This document shows, in pieces, positions 8,568 to 17,482 of a DNA stretch of 29,452 nucleotides; positions within the stretch are counted from its first letter, which is position 1, and each line of letters starts with the position of its first letter. The notes under the pieces are model-generated. The model had not been told where the DNA came from and ran no database searches. It worked only from the letters and a program-made list of their open reading frames with translations. The position numbers and the translations under genes are program-made. The stretch comes from a virus (taxonomy: Duplodnaviria > Heunggongvirae > Uroviricota > Caudoviricetes), in IMG/VR virus record IMGVR_UViG_3300029517_000186. One strand, 5' to 3'.

Positions 8568-9848
8568 TTATATATATTGTTTGTCTTCAGTTATTCTCTG
8601 AATATTATCCCAATCATTAAATTCTACAAACTGCTTTATGTTATCTATTTCAGCAATATCTTCCATATACTGTTTATCATCAACTTTATTCACCGTATTA
8701 ATACAATAAAATGGATGCTTTTTGTGATAAAAAGGATAATCTTTAAGAATGATTGTAAATTTACCTGAACCATATAATGTCAAAAATAACATATACTGTT
8801 CCAGTTTACTATTAACCTGAATAGCAATCTCTTTATTTATAAACATATTTATAATAACATCCGGTATTTTTTTAATTTGAGAAATTTCGTATATTTCTTC
8901 TAAATTAAGCTCTAATTTATCATCTAAATCAGGCTCCAATATTGCTGTTGAATATCTTGTGAGATTGTTACCACCATTGTCTGCTAAATAATAAGTATAT
9001 TCAGACTTATACGATAAAGATATTAATTTCATATCGTTTTTAAAATTCTCCAAAAATATCTGATGCTCACGTTCATTATTTATCCTAATTATAATTTTAG
9101 AATCTAAAAATAAATCCTTTATGATATCTGGAATCTTAAGCTTTGACTTTTCATTATCCTTTTTAGCTGATATACTTTTTTCTTTAGATAGCTTATTAAG
9201 ATCTCTTATATCTATTTCTAAGCTTTTTAAATTATCCAAGAATTCTGTTATATATCTTACTTCTACAGTATCACTGCTAAGAACAGTCTTAGGATCTTCC
9301 AGTGTTATGTTGCCGTAATTTCTTGCAAATTCAAATGCTGCATCTATATCTGAATATTTTAATTCCTTTAAATGTGCTATATATTTACAGATATTTGTGA
9401 AATTATCTCTTATGACCTTTTTATATTCATTGTTCGTAAGATTAAGTACTGGCTTTTTATATGTAACTTCTACATTTTTTACAAAGCTGTTCTTCTTTAA
9501 AATTTCAGTGATTTCTTCAACATCACTATCTTTCATATATCCTGTAAATTCTGCCGGATGCATATATACATTAAATAATGCTTCGGGATTAAGACATATA
9601 TTATTTCTTAAACTGTCTTTACTTACAAGCCTTAATTCATCACAGACACCATAAGTTCTTGAAAAATCAACCAGATATCCGGCTATTGCAAGTTCTGGAT
9701 ATAACTCTCTTTCAAATGCAGTTTTATCAACCAGATATCCTGTTCCATAAGCATATACTCCTTCAATACCTATTCTTACTTTCTTGTATTCACTGTATAA
9801 ACATTCTGGGGCAATGCTGCTAAAGTTCCATGTAAATTTCTCTGCCAT
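8568..9848 (-). CDS. Modular paralog-family protein (unique N-terminus + 2x domain B)
   Basis: 426 aa; IPDIIKDLFLDSKIIIRINN...QIFLENFKN nearly identical to the segment in 5346-6311. Confidence 0.9.
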   Translation of the reverse strand: MAEKFTWNFSSIAPECLYSEYKKVRIGIEGVYAYGTGYLVDKTAFERELYPELAIAGYLVDFSRTYGVCDELRLVSKDSLRNNICLNPEALFNVYMHPAEFTGYMKDSDVEEITEILKKNSFVKNVEVTYKKPVLNLTNNEYKKVIRDNFTNICKYIAHLKELKYSDIDAAFEFARNYGNITLEDPKTVLSSDTVEVRYITEFLDNLKSLEIDIRDLNKLSKEKSISAKKDNEKSKLKIPDIIKDLFLDSKIIIRINNEREHQIFLENFKNDMKLISLSYKSEYTYYLADNGGNNLTRYSTAILEPDLDDKLELNLEEIYEISQIKKIPDVIINMFINKEIAIQVNSKLEQYMLFLTLYGSGKFTIILKDYPFYHKKHPFYCINTVNKVDDKQYMEDIAEIDNIKQFVEFNDWDNIQRITEDKQYI

Positions 9849-9883
9849 ATATATTTTCTCCTTTATAAAATGATTTGAAATAA

Positions 9884-9896
9884 ATATGACAGAAAA
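9884..9896 (-). promoter_or_regulatory. TTTTCTGTCATAT motif
   Basis: 20 nt upstream of AAGGAG of gene 8568-9848. Confidence 0.7.
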
Positions 9897-9897
9897 T

Positions 9898-9930
9898 AAA
9901 AAAGCACCGGCTACAAATGTAACCGGTGTT
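9898..9930 (-). terminator. Intrinsic terminator adjacent to the motif
   Basis: Minus strand ACACCGGTTAC-ATTT-GTAGCCGGTGC followed by T6. Confidence 0.8.
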
Positions 9931-9999
9931 CATTGAACATATTATGAATTTAAAACTTCATGGTTTTATTTACATTATTATATTTTCAAGCATTAGCCT

Positions 10000-10374
10000 T
10001 TAATATAAGTTATGTATATTTCTTGTTAAATCTAATGTCGTAATTGGAGCTATACAAGCCATTTTTTTAAAATCCTTTACTGGGCAATCTCTATCTGCTG
10101 CCAGCTTTTCCCATGCGTCATCTAAATCATTTGCAAATATTAATCCTCCATTACAACCATCTGCAACATCAAACAAAAAGATGTTTTCAAGTTTTATAGA
10201 CGGCTTATTATCTTTTATAAGTTCAGCGTATTCACAATGAGTTAAAATATTTTCTTTATTGTATTCAAGATCTTCTGCTGTATCACAACATATTGTTCCG
10301 CCTAAACTTTGCTGTGCGTCCATATCTGCCACACATTTATCACAATAGGCAAATTTGCTATTACATTTAATCAT
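10000..10374 (-). CDS. Cys-rich hypothetical protein
   Basis: ATGA overlap with the upstream gene, AAAGGA SD. Confidence 0.75.
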   Translation of the reverse strand: MIKCNSKFAYCDKCVADMDAQQSLGGTICCDTAEDLEYNKENILTHCEYAELIKDNKPSIKLENIFLFDVADGCNGGLIFANDLDDAWEKLAADRDCPVKDFKKMACIAPITTLDLTRNIHNLY

Positions 10375-10703
10375 ATGCATATGTCCTTTCTCTTAAATTC
10401 CCCGGCTATATATAATTTAGCAAGATTATGTCCTTCTTTTAATAATCTTGCTGTAAATTCAGTTATATTTTTAAATTCGCCTGATGAATCTCTTAAATAA
10501 ATTTCAGGTCTATTAAGTTCATTATCCCAAGCATATGTATTATCAAAGGCAAAAATTGAATTGGTATAAATAACTGAATCCGGTACTTTTTCTTTAATAG
10601 CATCCAGCCAATATATATTAGCCATTACTCCTTCAGCGGCATCTACATGATAATCACAAAATGGTGGGTTATCTAATCTTCCATCTTCAAAATATATTTT
10701 CAT
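10371..10703 (-). CDS. Hypothetical protein
   Basis: 110 aa, AAAGGAG SD. Confidence 0.8.
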   Translation of the reverse strand: MKIYFEDGRLDNPPFCDYHVDAAEGVMANIYWLDAIKEKVPDSVIYTNSIFAFDNTYAWDNELNRPEIYLRDSSGEFKNITEFTARLLKEGHNLAKLYIAGEFKRKDICI

Positions 10704-10715
10704 ATTTTATCTCCT

Positions 10716-10925
10716 TTATGACATATAATAGCCATCCTTCTTTACTTTCTCAAATTCACTCTTCCAGAACATCTTCTTTGTTCTTTCAGTAACACCATAG
10801 CATACAGAAGTTAAGTCTACTTCAAATAATGTCTCTTTAGGTTCATAGCCACAATGCTTCATAAAGTCTTCTGTAACATCATTAACTGAATGTATTTCCT
10901 TTATATAGCTTTCTAATAAATTCAT
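10716..10925 (-). CDS. Hypothetical protein
   Basis: 69 aa, AAAGGAG SD, ATGA overlap. Confidence 0.8.
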   Translation of the reverse strand: MNLLESYIKEIHSVNDVTEDFMKHCGYEPKETLFEVDLTSVCYGVTERTKKMFWKSEFEKVKKDGYYMS

Positions 10926-11122
10926 GTCAATCTCCTTTCATCAGGTTCATATTTACATTCCAGTTCTCTACCACCCGGAGTCAAATGCTTTATCCTGTTT
11001 ATATCCTTATGTACGCTTATAACAAAATAGCTGCTTATTACGCATAGATAATCAATATCGTTATAGCTATTATTCCTTGGAATAGCTACACAATTTTTAC
11101 AATTAGCACAGCATTTTACCAT
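10922..11122 (-). CDS. Small Cys-rich protein (CANC..C...C)
   Basis: Start moved to ATG 11122 behind an AGGTGG SD. Confidence 0.7.
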   Translation of the reverse strand: MVKCCANCKNCVAIPRNNSYNDIDYLCVISSYFVISVHKDINRIKHLTPGGRELECKYEPDERRLT

Positions 11123-11135
11123 TTCATCCACCTGC

Positions 11136-11303
11136 CTATAAGTCAAGATAGTTTTCTAACTTTTCCAATGTATCAAATCTGCCAATCCAGTCAACATCAC
11201 ATATACAATACTTACCGTCTGAATCCTTAAAGTATGTTAAATCCATCTGCTCTGCCTTATGTTCTATTTTTATCAATCTATCATTAATGCTTGCATTATC
11301 CAT
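11136..11303 (-). CDS. Small hypothetical protein (55 aa, not in ORF track)
   Basis: MDNASINDRLIKIEHKAEQMDLTYFKDSDGKYCICDVDWIGRFDTLEKLENYLDL; AAAGGAG SD. Confidence 0.75.
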   Translation of the reverse strand: MDNASINDRLIKIEHKAEQMDLTYFKDSDGKYCICDVDWIGRFDTLEKLENYLDL

Positions 11304-11348
11304 ATTAACTCCTTTAATCAGGCTTTATAATTAAACCTTTGACCATTT

Positions 11349-11657
11349 TTATCTGTCATAATCACAATCATAGTTTTCTTTTGATGCAGCATCTTTGTCA
11401 ACCACATATAAATAGTTTCCTTCATCTACGACAGTCAGATATTCATTATCTCCTTCATCAAAGTTTCCGTTCTCGTCCACATAAGCTTGGTCTGTTCCAA
11501 AATATCGTCTGCCGGTAGGATTGGTTTCAGTAGCGTATTCACTATCATCTTCTATTTCATTAATTACTAATTCATGGTAAGATGTTCCCCCTGAATACTC
11601 ATCTAAACATACCACTTTGTCTCCAACCTTTAAATCTAAAAAATTTTTAAATGCCAT
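11349..11657 (-). CDS. Acidic hypothetical protein
   Basis: 102 aa, AAAGGAG SD; ends YDCDYDR. Confidence 0.8.
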   Translation of the reverse strand: MAFKNFLDLKVGDKVVCLDEYSGGTSYHELVINEIEDDSEYATETNPTGRRYFGTDQAYVDENGNFDEGDNEYLTVVDEGNYLYVVDKDAASKENYDCDYDR

Positions 11658-11681
11658 AATAAACTCCTTTATATTTACATA

Positions 11682-12245
11682 TTATTCTTTAGCCAGATTC
11701 TTATAGAATTCAACTGTCATAAGTTCTTCTCTTAGCTCATCATACATTTTATGCAATCTGGGATTTACATAAGACATCCAGAGCTTCCTATCATCTTTAG
11801 CCATAGCGGTTCTGACCATTGTAGCAGAGATAGGCATATCATAGCGGTTCATAATAAGTTCTGCTGTATTAGCAAGGTCTTTCTTATCAAACCAATTGCT
11901 TCGGGATTCATCATTTCCATAAATCATTATTTCAGGATTCTTATGAATGTATCTGTCAGTATTATTAAGTAAGTATCTGCCCCATTCCGGGCGGATATCA
12001 TTTTCATCTGTTAAATCAGCTAAACCATAAATCATCACTTCCGGTCTATCGCCATATATCTCTTTAAGAATCTTAGTCCTTGTATTAATATTAAAAGGAT
12101 TTCGCTCTGTACCACATTCCTGTGCAGAACCTATCAATATCAATAACCGGTCACACAACAATAATCCTGTATCTACAAGGCGTTCATGTCCTTTATGAAA
12201 TGTCTGAAATCGTCCACATATTAAACCTGTATCATAAACTTTCAT
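11682..12245 (-). CDS. Nicotinamide-nucleotide adenylyltransferase (NadM-like, HIGH-motif nucleotidyltransferase)
   Basis: GRFQTFHKGH (HxGH), IGSAQ...RNPF and ISATMVR motifs. Confidence 0.88.
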   Translation of the reverse strand: MKVYDTGLICGRFQTFHKGHERLVDTGLLLCDRLLILIGSAQECGTERNPFNINTRTKILKEIYGDRPEVMIYGLADLTDENDIRPEWGRYLLNNTDRYIHKNPEIMIYGNDESRSNWFDKKDLANTAELIMNRYDMPISATMVRTAMAKDDRKLWMSYVNPRLHKMYDELREELMTVEFYKNLAKE

Positions 12246-12259
12246 ATGCTTCTCCTTTT

Positions 12260-12442
12260 TTAATTTTCATGTGTTATTTTTCTCCATGCTCGAATCTCTT
12301 TACTTGGAAAATGCTTCCATTCAAGACCACCATGTTTGTTTTCAACAATCATATCTCTAAATATCATATCATCACTCACAAGTATCTCTACTTCTTCATT
12401 TACATTTGGAAGCTCATATTCGGGCTGTTTCCATTTATTCAT
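12260..12442 (-). CDS. DUF551-like phage protein
   Basis: W.....ELP.....V.IL...W......I.AW pattern. Confidence 0.65.
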   Translation of the reverse strand: MNKWKQPEYELPNVNEEVEILVSDDMIFRDMIVENKHGGLEWKHFPSKEIRAWRKITHEN

Positions 12443-12785
12443 ATGCTTCTCCTTTTTCTTTCAATTTTTTTAACCAAAAATAGGACTTAACCATCTATCT
12501 TCTTTTTTAATACCTGCTTGTTCATCAAGGAATTTGCTTATATCGCAATGATACTCACCCCTTTCGGCATATTTTGTATATTTATATTTATTGATTAAAA
12601 CCATTTTTATCTCCAATTTCTATAAAAATTACCTGTAATGTTTCTATTGCTAATTTATCTTTTATCTCTGATTCTGAAAGATAATCTAAAATAGCGTTTA
12701 CTTCATCATTTTTAAACCTATCTTTGATAAGAGTACCAAATTTCATCTGCCAACTATAACCTTTTCGATGAATTTTAGAGATACT

Positions 12786-13091
12786 TTAGTCTAAATCAAT
12801 GTCATTTATTTCTTCATTTTCATCAGACTCTTTAGCTAATTTACACTCTTTTTGCTTAAAATACTCATCCAACAGAGACATAAACATCTCTCCATTATCT
12901 CCGTCTCCACCACATTTGAAGCAGAACGCATCCCCATTTACAAAGTCCACCTCACTGATGAAATCATAAATTTCTTTTGATTTCGGATTATGCTCAACGC
13001 TCATTCCATAATTCTCAATCTTTGGCAGATTGTGAGCAGCTCTGTATTCTTCCAGTGTTATTAAGGTTTCTTTATCCATAACTAATTTCAT
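12786..13091 (-). CDS. Hypothetical protein
   Basis: 101 aa, D.FCFKCGGDGDNGE motif; ends INDIDLD. Confidence 0.8.
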   Translation of the reverse strand: MKLVMDKETLITLEEYRAAHNLPKIENYGMSVEHNPKSKEIYDFISEVDFVNGDAFCFKCGGDGDNGEMFMSLLDEYFKQKECKLAKESDENEEINDIDLD

Positions 13092-13113
13092 ACTTTTTCT
13101 CCTTTATAATGGT

Positions 13114-13455
13114 TCACATTTCTCTGTAATCACAATCCATACAGTTATCAGCATCACATTCCCTTGAAATTTCAATATTACTATTTAGCATCTTGTCAGC
13201 ATCATTTTTCATGGTGATTATTTCCTTATTTACAATAATTTCAGCCTCTTGGATAGCCGTAATGATACTTTTACTCTCCAATTTCATATTTGATATTCCA
13301 ACACAGTTTGAGGATAGATAAAATGTATCACCACGACCAGAAAATTTATTTTTCCGATATAAATGGATAGTGATATCAACTAATCCGCATTTCCCCTCGA
13401 AAATTGTTCCGCTTTCTACAGAAGTATTCATCTTTGCATTACTTACATATTTCAT
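13114..13455 (-). CDS. Hypothetical protein
   Basis: 113 aa, GGAGG SD; ends DCDYREM. Confidence 0.8.
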   Translation of the reverse strand: MKYVSNAKMNTSVESGTIFEGKCGLVDITIHLYRKNKFSGRGDTFYLSSNCVGISNMKLESKSIITAIQEAEIIVNKEIITMKNDADKMLNSNIEISRECDADNCMDCDYREM

Positions 13456-13491
13456 GTTATTATTTCCTCCATTTTCTTTTTATTTTCCATA

Positions 13492-13893
13492 CTACTCATA
13501 CTTTTCCTTTAACCTCTTCAATTCAGCTAATTCCTGTTCTTGCTGTTTTTGTTCTTCTTCTCGTAGCCTTTCCTGCTCTGCCTGCTCCTGCTTGTTTTTA
13601 TACCAGTCTTTATGCTGTTCTTCATCTTCAAACAGAAAATCTAAAGGAAAAGAGCCACCTCTTGAGTCATACAAATCATAATGGCTGTCATATGCAGTTA
13701 CATAAACTGTATCTTTTCCAAAATCGGTTTTTTCTGATTCAAATGCATCAAACTCCTCATTTGTAAAGCCAATCTCATCAATTACTTCTGCTACTCTATC
13801 CATGATTTTTTCATAATTTTCTAATGTTTGTAATACCTGTTCTTTTGTCAAATTAAACATAAGTTCCCTTTCTGCTATTAAGCCATCATTCAT
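13492..13893 (-). CDS. Hypothetical protein with C-terminal coiled coil
   Basis: Acidic ORF ending ELAELKRLKEKYE; true start may be the internal MFNL behind AAGGGA. Confidence 0.75.
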   Translation of the reverse strand: MNDGLIAERELMFNLTKEQVLQTLENYEKIMDRVAEVIDEIGFTNEEFDAFESEKTDFGKDTVYVTAYDSHYDLYDSRGGSFPLDFLFEDEEQHKDWYKNKQEQAEQERLREEEQKQQEQELAELKRLKEKYE

Positions 13894-13912
13894 CTGTTAT
13901 TATAATTCATCT

Positions 13913-14104
13913 CTATTCGTTATCATATTCCTTTAATAATTTATCTGTTTCATTAATAATGTCCATGCTTTGCTTTATTAGATTCTGAAGCTCTGGGTCA
14001 TTCTTAAGCTTTTCTTCTCTTTCTTCATAAGTTTCATAGTTCTCGTCTTCGCCATGTAGATACATTTCATACATAATCGCATTAATCAAACACATTTCTT
14101 TCAT
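13913..14104 (-). CDS. Hypothetical protein
   Basis: 63 aa, AAGGGA SD. Confidence 0.7.
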   Translation of the reverse strand: MKEMCLINAIMYEMYLHGEDENYETYEEREEKLKNDPELQNLIKQSMDIINETDKLLKEYDNE

Positions 14105-14106
14105 AA

Positions 14107-14298
14107 TTATTCCCTTTCGTTAATTACTACTCTATTATTCCATGTATTAATTATCTTTTCTTTATCAAAACTATTGTCAGTCATAATACAACAGTCGTCA
14201 CAATATATATAATATCCTTCCTGATTATCATATATCATTGTTGCATGTCCACCACAAAAAGGGCAGGATTTAAGTTTAATGTTAATTTCACTTTCCAT
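14107..14298 (-). CDS. Lar-family restriction-alleviation-like zinc-ribbon protein
   Basis: LKSCPFCGG...YIYC..C...WNNR signature. Confidence 0.8.
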   Translation of the reverse strand: MESEINIKLKSCPFCGGHATMIYDNQEGYYIYCDDCCIMTDNSFDKEKIINTWNNRVVINERE

Positions 14299-14390
14299 AA
14301 ATTCACCTTTTTATTCCTATCTAAAATTATCTCGTTCAAAATTCTTATTAACAGCTTTCATATTTGATAAAGCAGACTTTATAATTAAAT

Positions 14391-14564
14391 TCATAAAGAT
14401 TCATCATCATCTTCATCATCAGTACAATCCATTCCAAGCACCTGATGGACTTTATCAGGATTAAGTTTATGATTTACTTCTTTTCTAAAAAGCTTTTCTG
14501 CTTCTTCAATTGATTCTACATTATCAAATGCCTTACTGCATGATACTGTAACTAAAACTCTCAT
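14391..14564 (-). CDS. Small acidic protein (57 aa, not in ORF track)
   Basis: MRVLVTVSCSKAFDNVESIEEAEKLFRKEVNHKLNPDKVHQVLGMDCTDDEDDDESL; AAAGGAG SD. Confidence 0.7.
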   Translation of the reverse strand: MRVLVTVSCSKAFDNVESIEEAEKLFRKEVNHKLNPDKVHQVLGMDCTDDEDDDESL

Positions 14565-14610
14565 ACATTTCTCCTTTATATCCTTTTTAACTAAACAGTA
14601 AATTTCCGTT

Positions 14611-14796
14611 TCATCTTTTCTTAAATTTTTTATGTTCTTCTATCAATTCTTCTAAAATATCCAATGGAACAATATTTTTTAAATCATCAACATAAACTCT
14701 TATATGTTCAAACTTTCCATTCAGATAATTGTATCCACACTCAATACATGTTCCACAATTAAAGCCTAGTTTATTTTTACATATCGGACATTCCAT
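14611..14796 (-). CDS. Zinc-ribbon small protein
   Basis: MECPIC...CIECGY; start moved to ATG 14796 behind TAGGAG. Confidence 0.75.
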   Translation of the reverse strand: MECPICKNKLGFNCGTCIECGYNYLNGKFEHIRVYVDDLKNIVPLDILEELIEEHKKFKKR

Positions 14797-14810
14797 TTTA
14801 TCACTCCTAT

Positions 14811-15041
14811 CTAATTTAATTCCTGTTTGCATTCTTCTAACAAATCATCTACTGCTAATCCATCTGTGTTTCTCCACCATAACAGTAAATTATCGTCTTG
14901 TGTATTTACTTCTGCCAAAGCATCATCAAGCATTGGGATGTTTTCATTATCACTTTGCATATCCTGTACAAATGCTTCTTTTGAAGTCCATTCATATTCT
15001 ACATACTTATCGTCACAATTGATAATAACTATATTAAGCAT
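14811..15041 (-). CDS. Hypothetical protein
   Basis: 76 aa, AAAGGA SD. Confidence 0.75.
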   Translation of the reverse strand: MLNIVIINCDDKYVEYEWTSKEAFVQDMQSDNENIPMLDDALAEVNTQDDNLLLWWRNTDGLAVDDLLEECKQELN

Positions 15042-15129
15042 AATATTTTTCCTTTCTGTTTTAATCTTTTCTTATAGTTAAAGATTCAACTGAAACTCTT
15101 GTTTACTCATGCACCTGTAAATCCTCATT

Positions 15130-15345
15130 TCATTGTATCTCTTTTCCCATGTTAAAAATATGCATTTTTCCATCTTCACTCACATATTCGTCACCATCTT
15201 TTGATATCTTTGTCCATTCAGACACTTTTTTGACTTCTTTTGTTCCATATTCCATATCAACATCTGCAATAAGTTCTGGCAATGTATCTGTAAAACCATA
15301 CCCACCATTTCCTGTATCTACTTCTATTCTAAATATATTATCCAT
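15130..15345 (-). CDS. Hypothetical protein
   Basis: Start at ATG 15345 behind GGAGGT; stop inside a junction palindrome. Confidence 0.75.
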   Translation of the reverse strand: MDNIFRIEVDTGNGGYGFTDTLPELIADVDMEYGTKEVKKVSEWTKISKDGDEYVSEDGKMHIFNMGKEIQ

Positions 15346-15401
15346 TTTTACCTCCATTCTAAAAGACTTGAAACACTTGTTTACTTATGCATACTTGTAA
15401 A

Positions 15402-15659
15402 TCATTGATTCATTTGTCTTATCAAGTTTGCATAGTATCTACCTATACCTCGTCCATTATCAAATTTCTGATATTTATGAAACTTAATCGGATTATCTTT
15501 AATCAATCTAATTATATTGTCAGGAAAATTATTTTTATTGGCAATTTCTATCATCTTTTCGTTTGCAAATTTCTCTGTACATGAACCGAAAGGGCAACCA
15601 ATAGGATTCACTCCCCATGATTTTTCTATAATATTGATAATTTCTGTAATATTCTTCAT
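15402..15659 (-). CDS. Hypothetical protein
   Basis: Start at ATG 15659 behind GGAG; stop inside a junction palindrome. Confidence 0.75.
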   Translation of the reverse strand: MKNITEIINIIEKSWGVNPIGCPFGSCTEKFANEKMIEIANKNNFPDNIIRLIKDNPIKFHKYQKFDNGRGIGRYYANLIRQMNQ

Positions 15660-15693
15660 TCTTATTATCTCCATTTTCTGTTGAAGCTCTTGT

Positions 15694-15885
15694 TTACTCA
15701 TCAAGAACACCTATCATAGATGGTATCTGGCACACTTTTAGCTCACCATCAAATAATTCTCTATGTTCTCTGGATTCAAAATATCTTTTTGCTTTATTAT
15801 AAGCATCTCTTTTTGAATCTGCTTTTACTTCAATCATTCTATCGTAGAATATTGCTATATAATTTCCATCTTTAATTCTTACCAT
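15694..15885 (-). CDS. Hypothetical protein
   Basis: 63 aa, AAGGAG SD; stop inside a junction palindrome. Confidence 0.75.
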   Translation of the reverse strand: MVRIKDGNYIAIFYDRMIEVKADSKRDAYNKAKRYFESREHRELFDGELKVCQIPSMIGVLDE

Positions 15886-15919
15886 ATCTCTCCTTATAAC
15901 AAATCCTGAGTATTGTAAA

Positions 15920-16180
15920 TCATTGTTTCATATCCAAATTTACTTTAATCATTTCCATTGCATTGCTTTTAATTTCATTACGCACTTTCTGTAATTCACC
16001 CCATGTTATGTTATCTTTCATGCAACAATCACCATAATTACAGTACATGTATTCTGTGACTGTATCAATAATACTCATAATTACTTCATCACTTGCTACA
16101 GTTCCAATTTTTCTCATAGGCTCATTTAATGACATCTTATAAATTTTATTATTTTCTATATGATAAAGTCCATTTTCCAT
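15920..16180 (-). CDS. Hypothetical protein
   Basis: 86 aa, TAGGAG SD; last codons (MKQ*) are encoded by the palindrome. Confidence 0.75.
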   Translation of the reverse strand: MENGLYHIENNKIYKMSLNEPMRKIGTVASDEVIMSIIDTVTEYMYCNYGDCCMKDNITWGELQKVRNEIKSNAMEMIKVNLDMKQ

Positions 16181-16190
16181 ATTTTTACTC

Positions 16191-16373
16191 CTATACTATC
16201 TCAAAATCTTCATCAAATGATTTCATATCCGTTTTATATCCGCATTTATTTTCATCAATAAGTATCATATTATCACCATGATTCATACATCTGTATTCCT
16301 TTCCTTTTAGAAAATTGCTAAAGCGGTTATCTTCCATTAATACTTTAACATCATGTTTTGCTTTTGCTTTCAT
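16191..16373 (-). CDS. Hypothetical protein
   Basis: 60 aa, AAGGAG SD. Confidence 0.75.
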   Translation of the reverse strand: MKAKAKHDVKVLMEDNRFSNFLKGKEYRCMNHGDNMILIDENKCGYKTDMKSFDEDFEIV

Positions 16374-16404
16374 ATGCTATTCTCCTTATTTTCTTCCTTT
16401 CTTA

Positions 16405-16869
16405 TCAGCCTGCTGTTACTTTTATCTTGCATCCATCCTTAAGCTTATATGTATAAGTGCGGTTGCCCTTTAAATCAATGCCTGTATACTCAAGCATATC
16501 TTCACATGCTTTAAAGAACTGTATAGGAAGAAACATATACCCATGTTTAATAATCTCAATTTCCTTATCAAACAGGCTTTCATAATGTTCGTCATCATTA
16601 ACCAGACTATCGTAAATGTCTCCATTATCAAAAATACTCTGGCTGAAAAATTTTCCTCCGGCTTCCTTACGCTCTCGTCTTTTAGCTTCAATATTCATTG
16701 TAATCTTTTCAATGACCTCTAAGGCTTCCATAAAATCATCAAGTTCGCCCTCATATAAACCTTCATCACTGATTTTTATACCTTTACTTATAAGGTATTT
16801 GCCCCATTCGCCATACCATTCGTTATTGCCAAAAATCTGTGTACCATTTACATTTGTTCTGTAACTCAT
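16405..16869 (-). CDS. Hypothetical protein
   Basis: Start at ATG 16869 (MSYRT) behind GAGG. Confidence 0.8.
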   Translation of the reverse strand: MSYRTNVNGTQIFGNNEWYGEWGKYLISKGIKISDEGLYEGELDDFMEALEVIEKITMNIEAKRRERKEAGGKFFSQSIFDNGDIYDSLVNDDEHYESLFDKEIEIIKHGYMFLPIQFFKACEDMLEYTGIDLKGNRTYTYKLKDGCKIKVTAG

Positions 16870-17086
16870 ATAGTTTTGTCCTCTCTTTACTTTTAATATC
16901 ATTTAGATGTTCCATCTGAAAATTCAACAAGAATTTTGGTTGGATATTTTATATGTATGAAATTATTCTATTTCTAAAATATCCTTTAATAAAGCCGTCT
17001 TTCTGAGTTTTTCTATTAATTCTTTTACATTATTATTTTTCTTTGTTCTCATTTAATGGCCTCCTTTAAAAAATTATTTAATTTAT

Positions 17087-17099
17087 ATATGACAGAAAA
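17087..17099 (-). promoter_or_regulatory. TTTTCTGTCATAT motif
   Basis: 20 nt upstream of AAGGAGG of a short 29-codon ORF starting at 17052. Confidence 0.7.
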
Positions 17100-17110
17100 A
17101 ACATTTATTT

Positions 17111-17119
17111 TGTTATAAT
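17111..17119 (+). promoter_or_regulatory. SigA-type extended -10 (TGnTATAAT) upstream of the putative ncRNA
   Basis: TGTTATAAT about 14 nt before the closing helix of the structured element. Confidence 0.55.
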
Positions 17120-17132
17120 ATCAAACAATATA

Positions 17133-17360
17133 GATAAAACTTTGAAGTTTTAAGTTACAAATTTATGGTTTGTTGGGATAAACCGATTTTTTGTGTCAAA
17201 AAAATATTATATTTCCTATCATACATATGGTGGATTATATTTCTCGTTTTTATGAAAGGCCGGGCTTTAATATGAACATGTAATCAAGCTATGCAGTTGA
17301 AGTTATATACTGAGTACAAAGCATAAGTAAATATCCTGGACCAAAGCTTCGAAGTGTATC
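17133..17360 (+). ncRNA. Unidentified structured RNA, copy 1
   Basis: Non-coding; 13-bp closing helix 17139-17151/17343-17355; 5' and 3' blocks homologous to 28263-28587; upstream -10 and downstream terminator. Confidence 0.6.
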
Positions 17361-17365
17361 CAAAT

Positions 17366-17404
17366 AAAAAATAAGGGATTAAATTAATCAATCCCTTATT
17401 TATT
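17366..17404. terminator. Bidirectional intrinsic terminator
   Basis: AATAAGGGATT/AATCCCTTATT stem between the convergent ncRNA and minus-strand operon. Confidence 0.75.
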
Positions 17405-17482
17405 CCTTATTATTTAATTATCTAAAATTTGCTTCGCAATTTTTTAAGTTTTTGTTATTCTATGCGATTATATTTCCAATTA

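Larger units (their letters stand above)
14598..15930. repeat. Cluster 1 of 16-bp junction palindromes (14598, 15091, 15117, 15369, 15397, 15682, 15915)
   Basis: GTAAATTTCCGTTTCA, TGAAACTCTTGTTTAC, GTAAATCCTCATTTCA, TGAAACACTTGTTTAC, GTAAATCATTGATTCA, TGAAGCTCTTGTTTAC, GTAAATCATTGTTTCA; present at 5 of 6 consecutive gene junctions. Confidence 0.75.

Noticed and set aside
17144..17350. RNase P RNA (GAAAGGCCGGGCT and GTACAAAGCAT look-alikes)
   Set aside because: There is no complementary P4 partner for the GAAAGGCCGGG segment, it is absent from copy 2, and there is no room for P2/P3.
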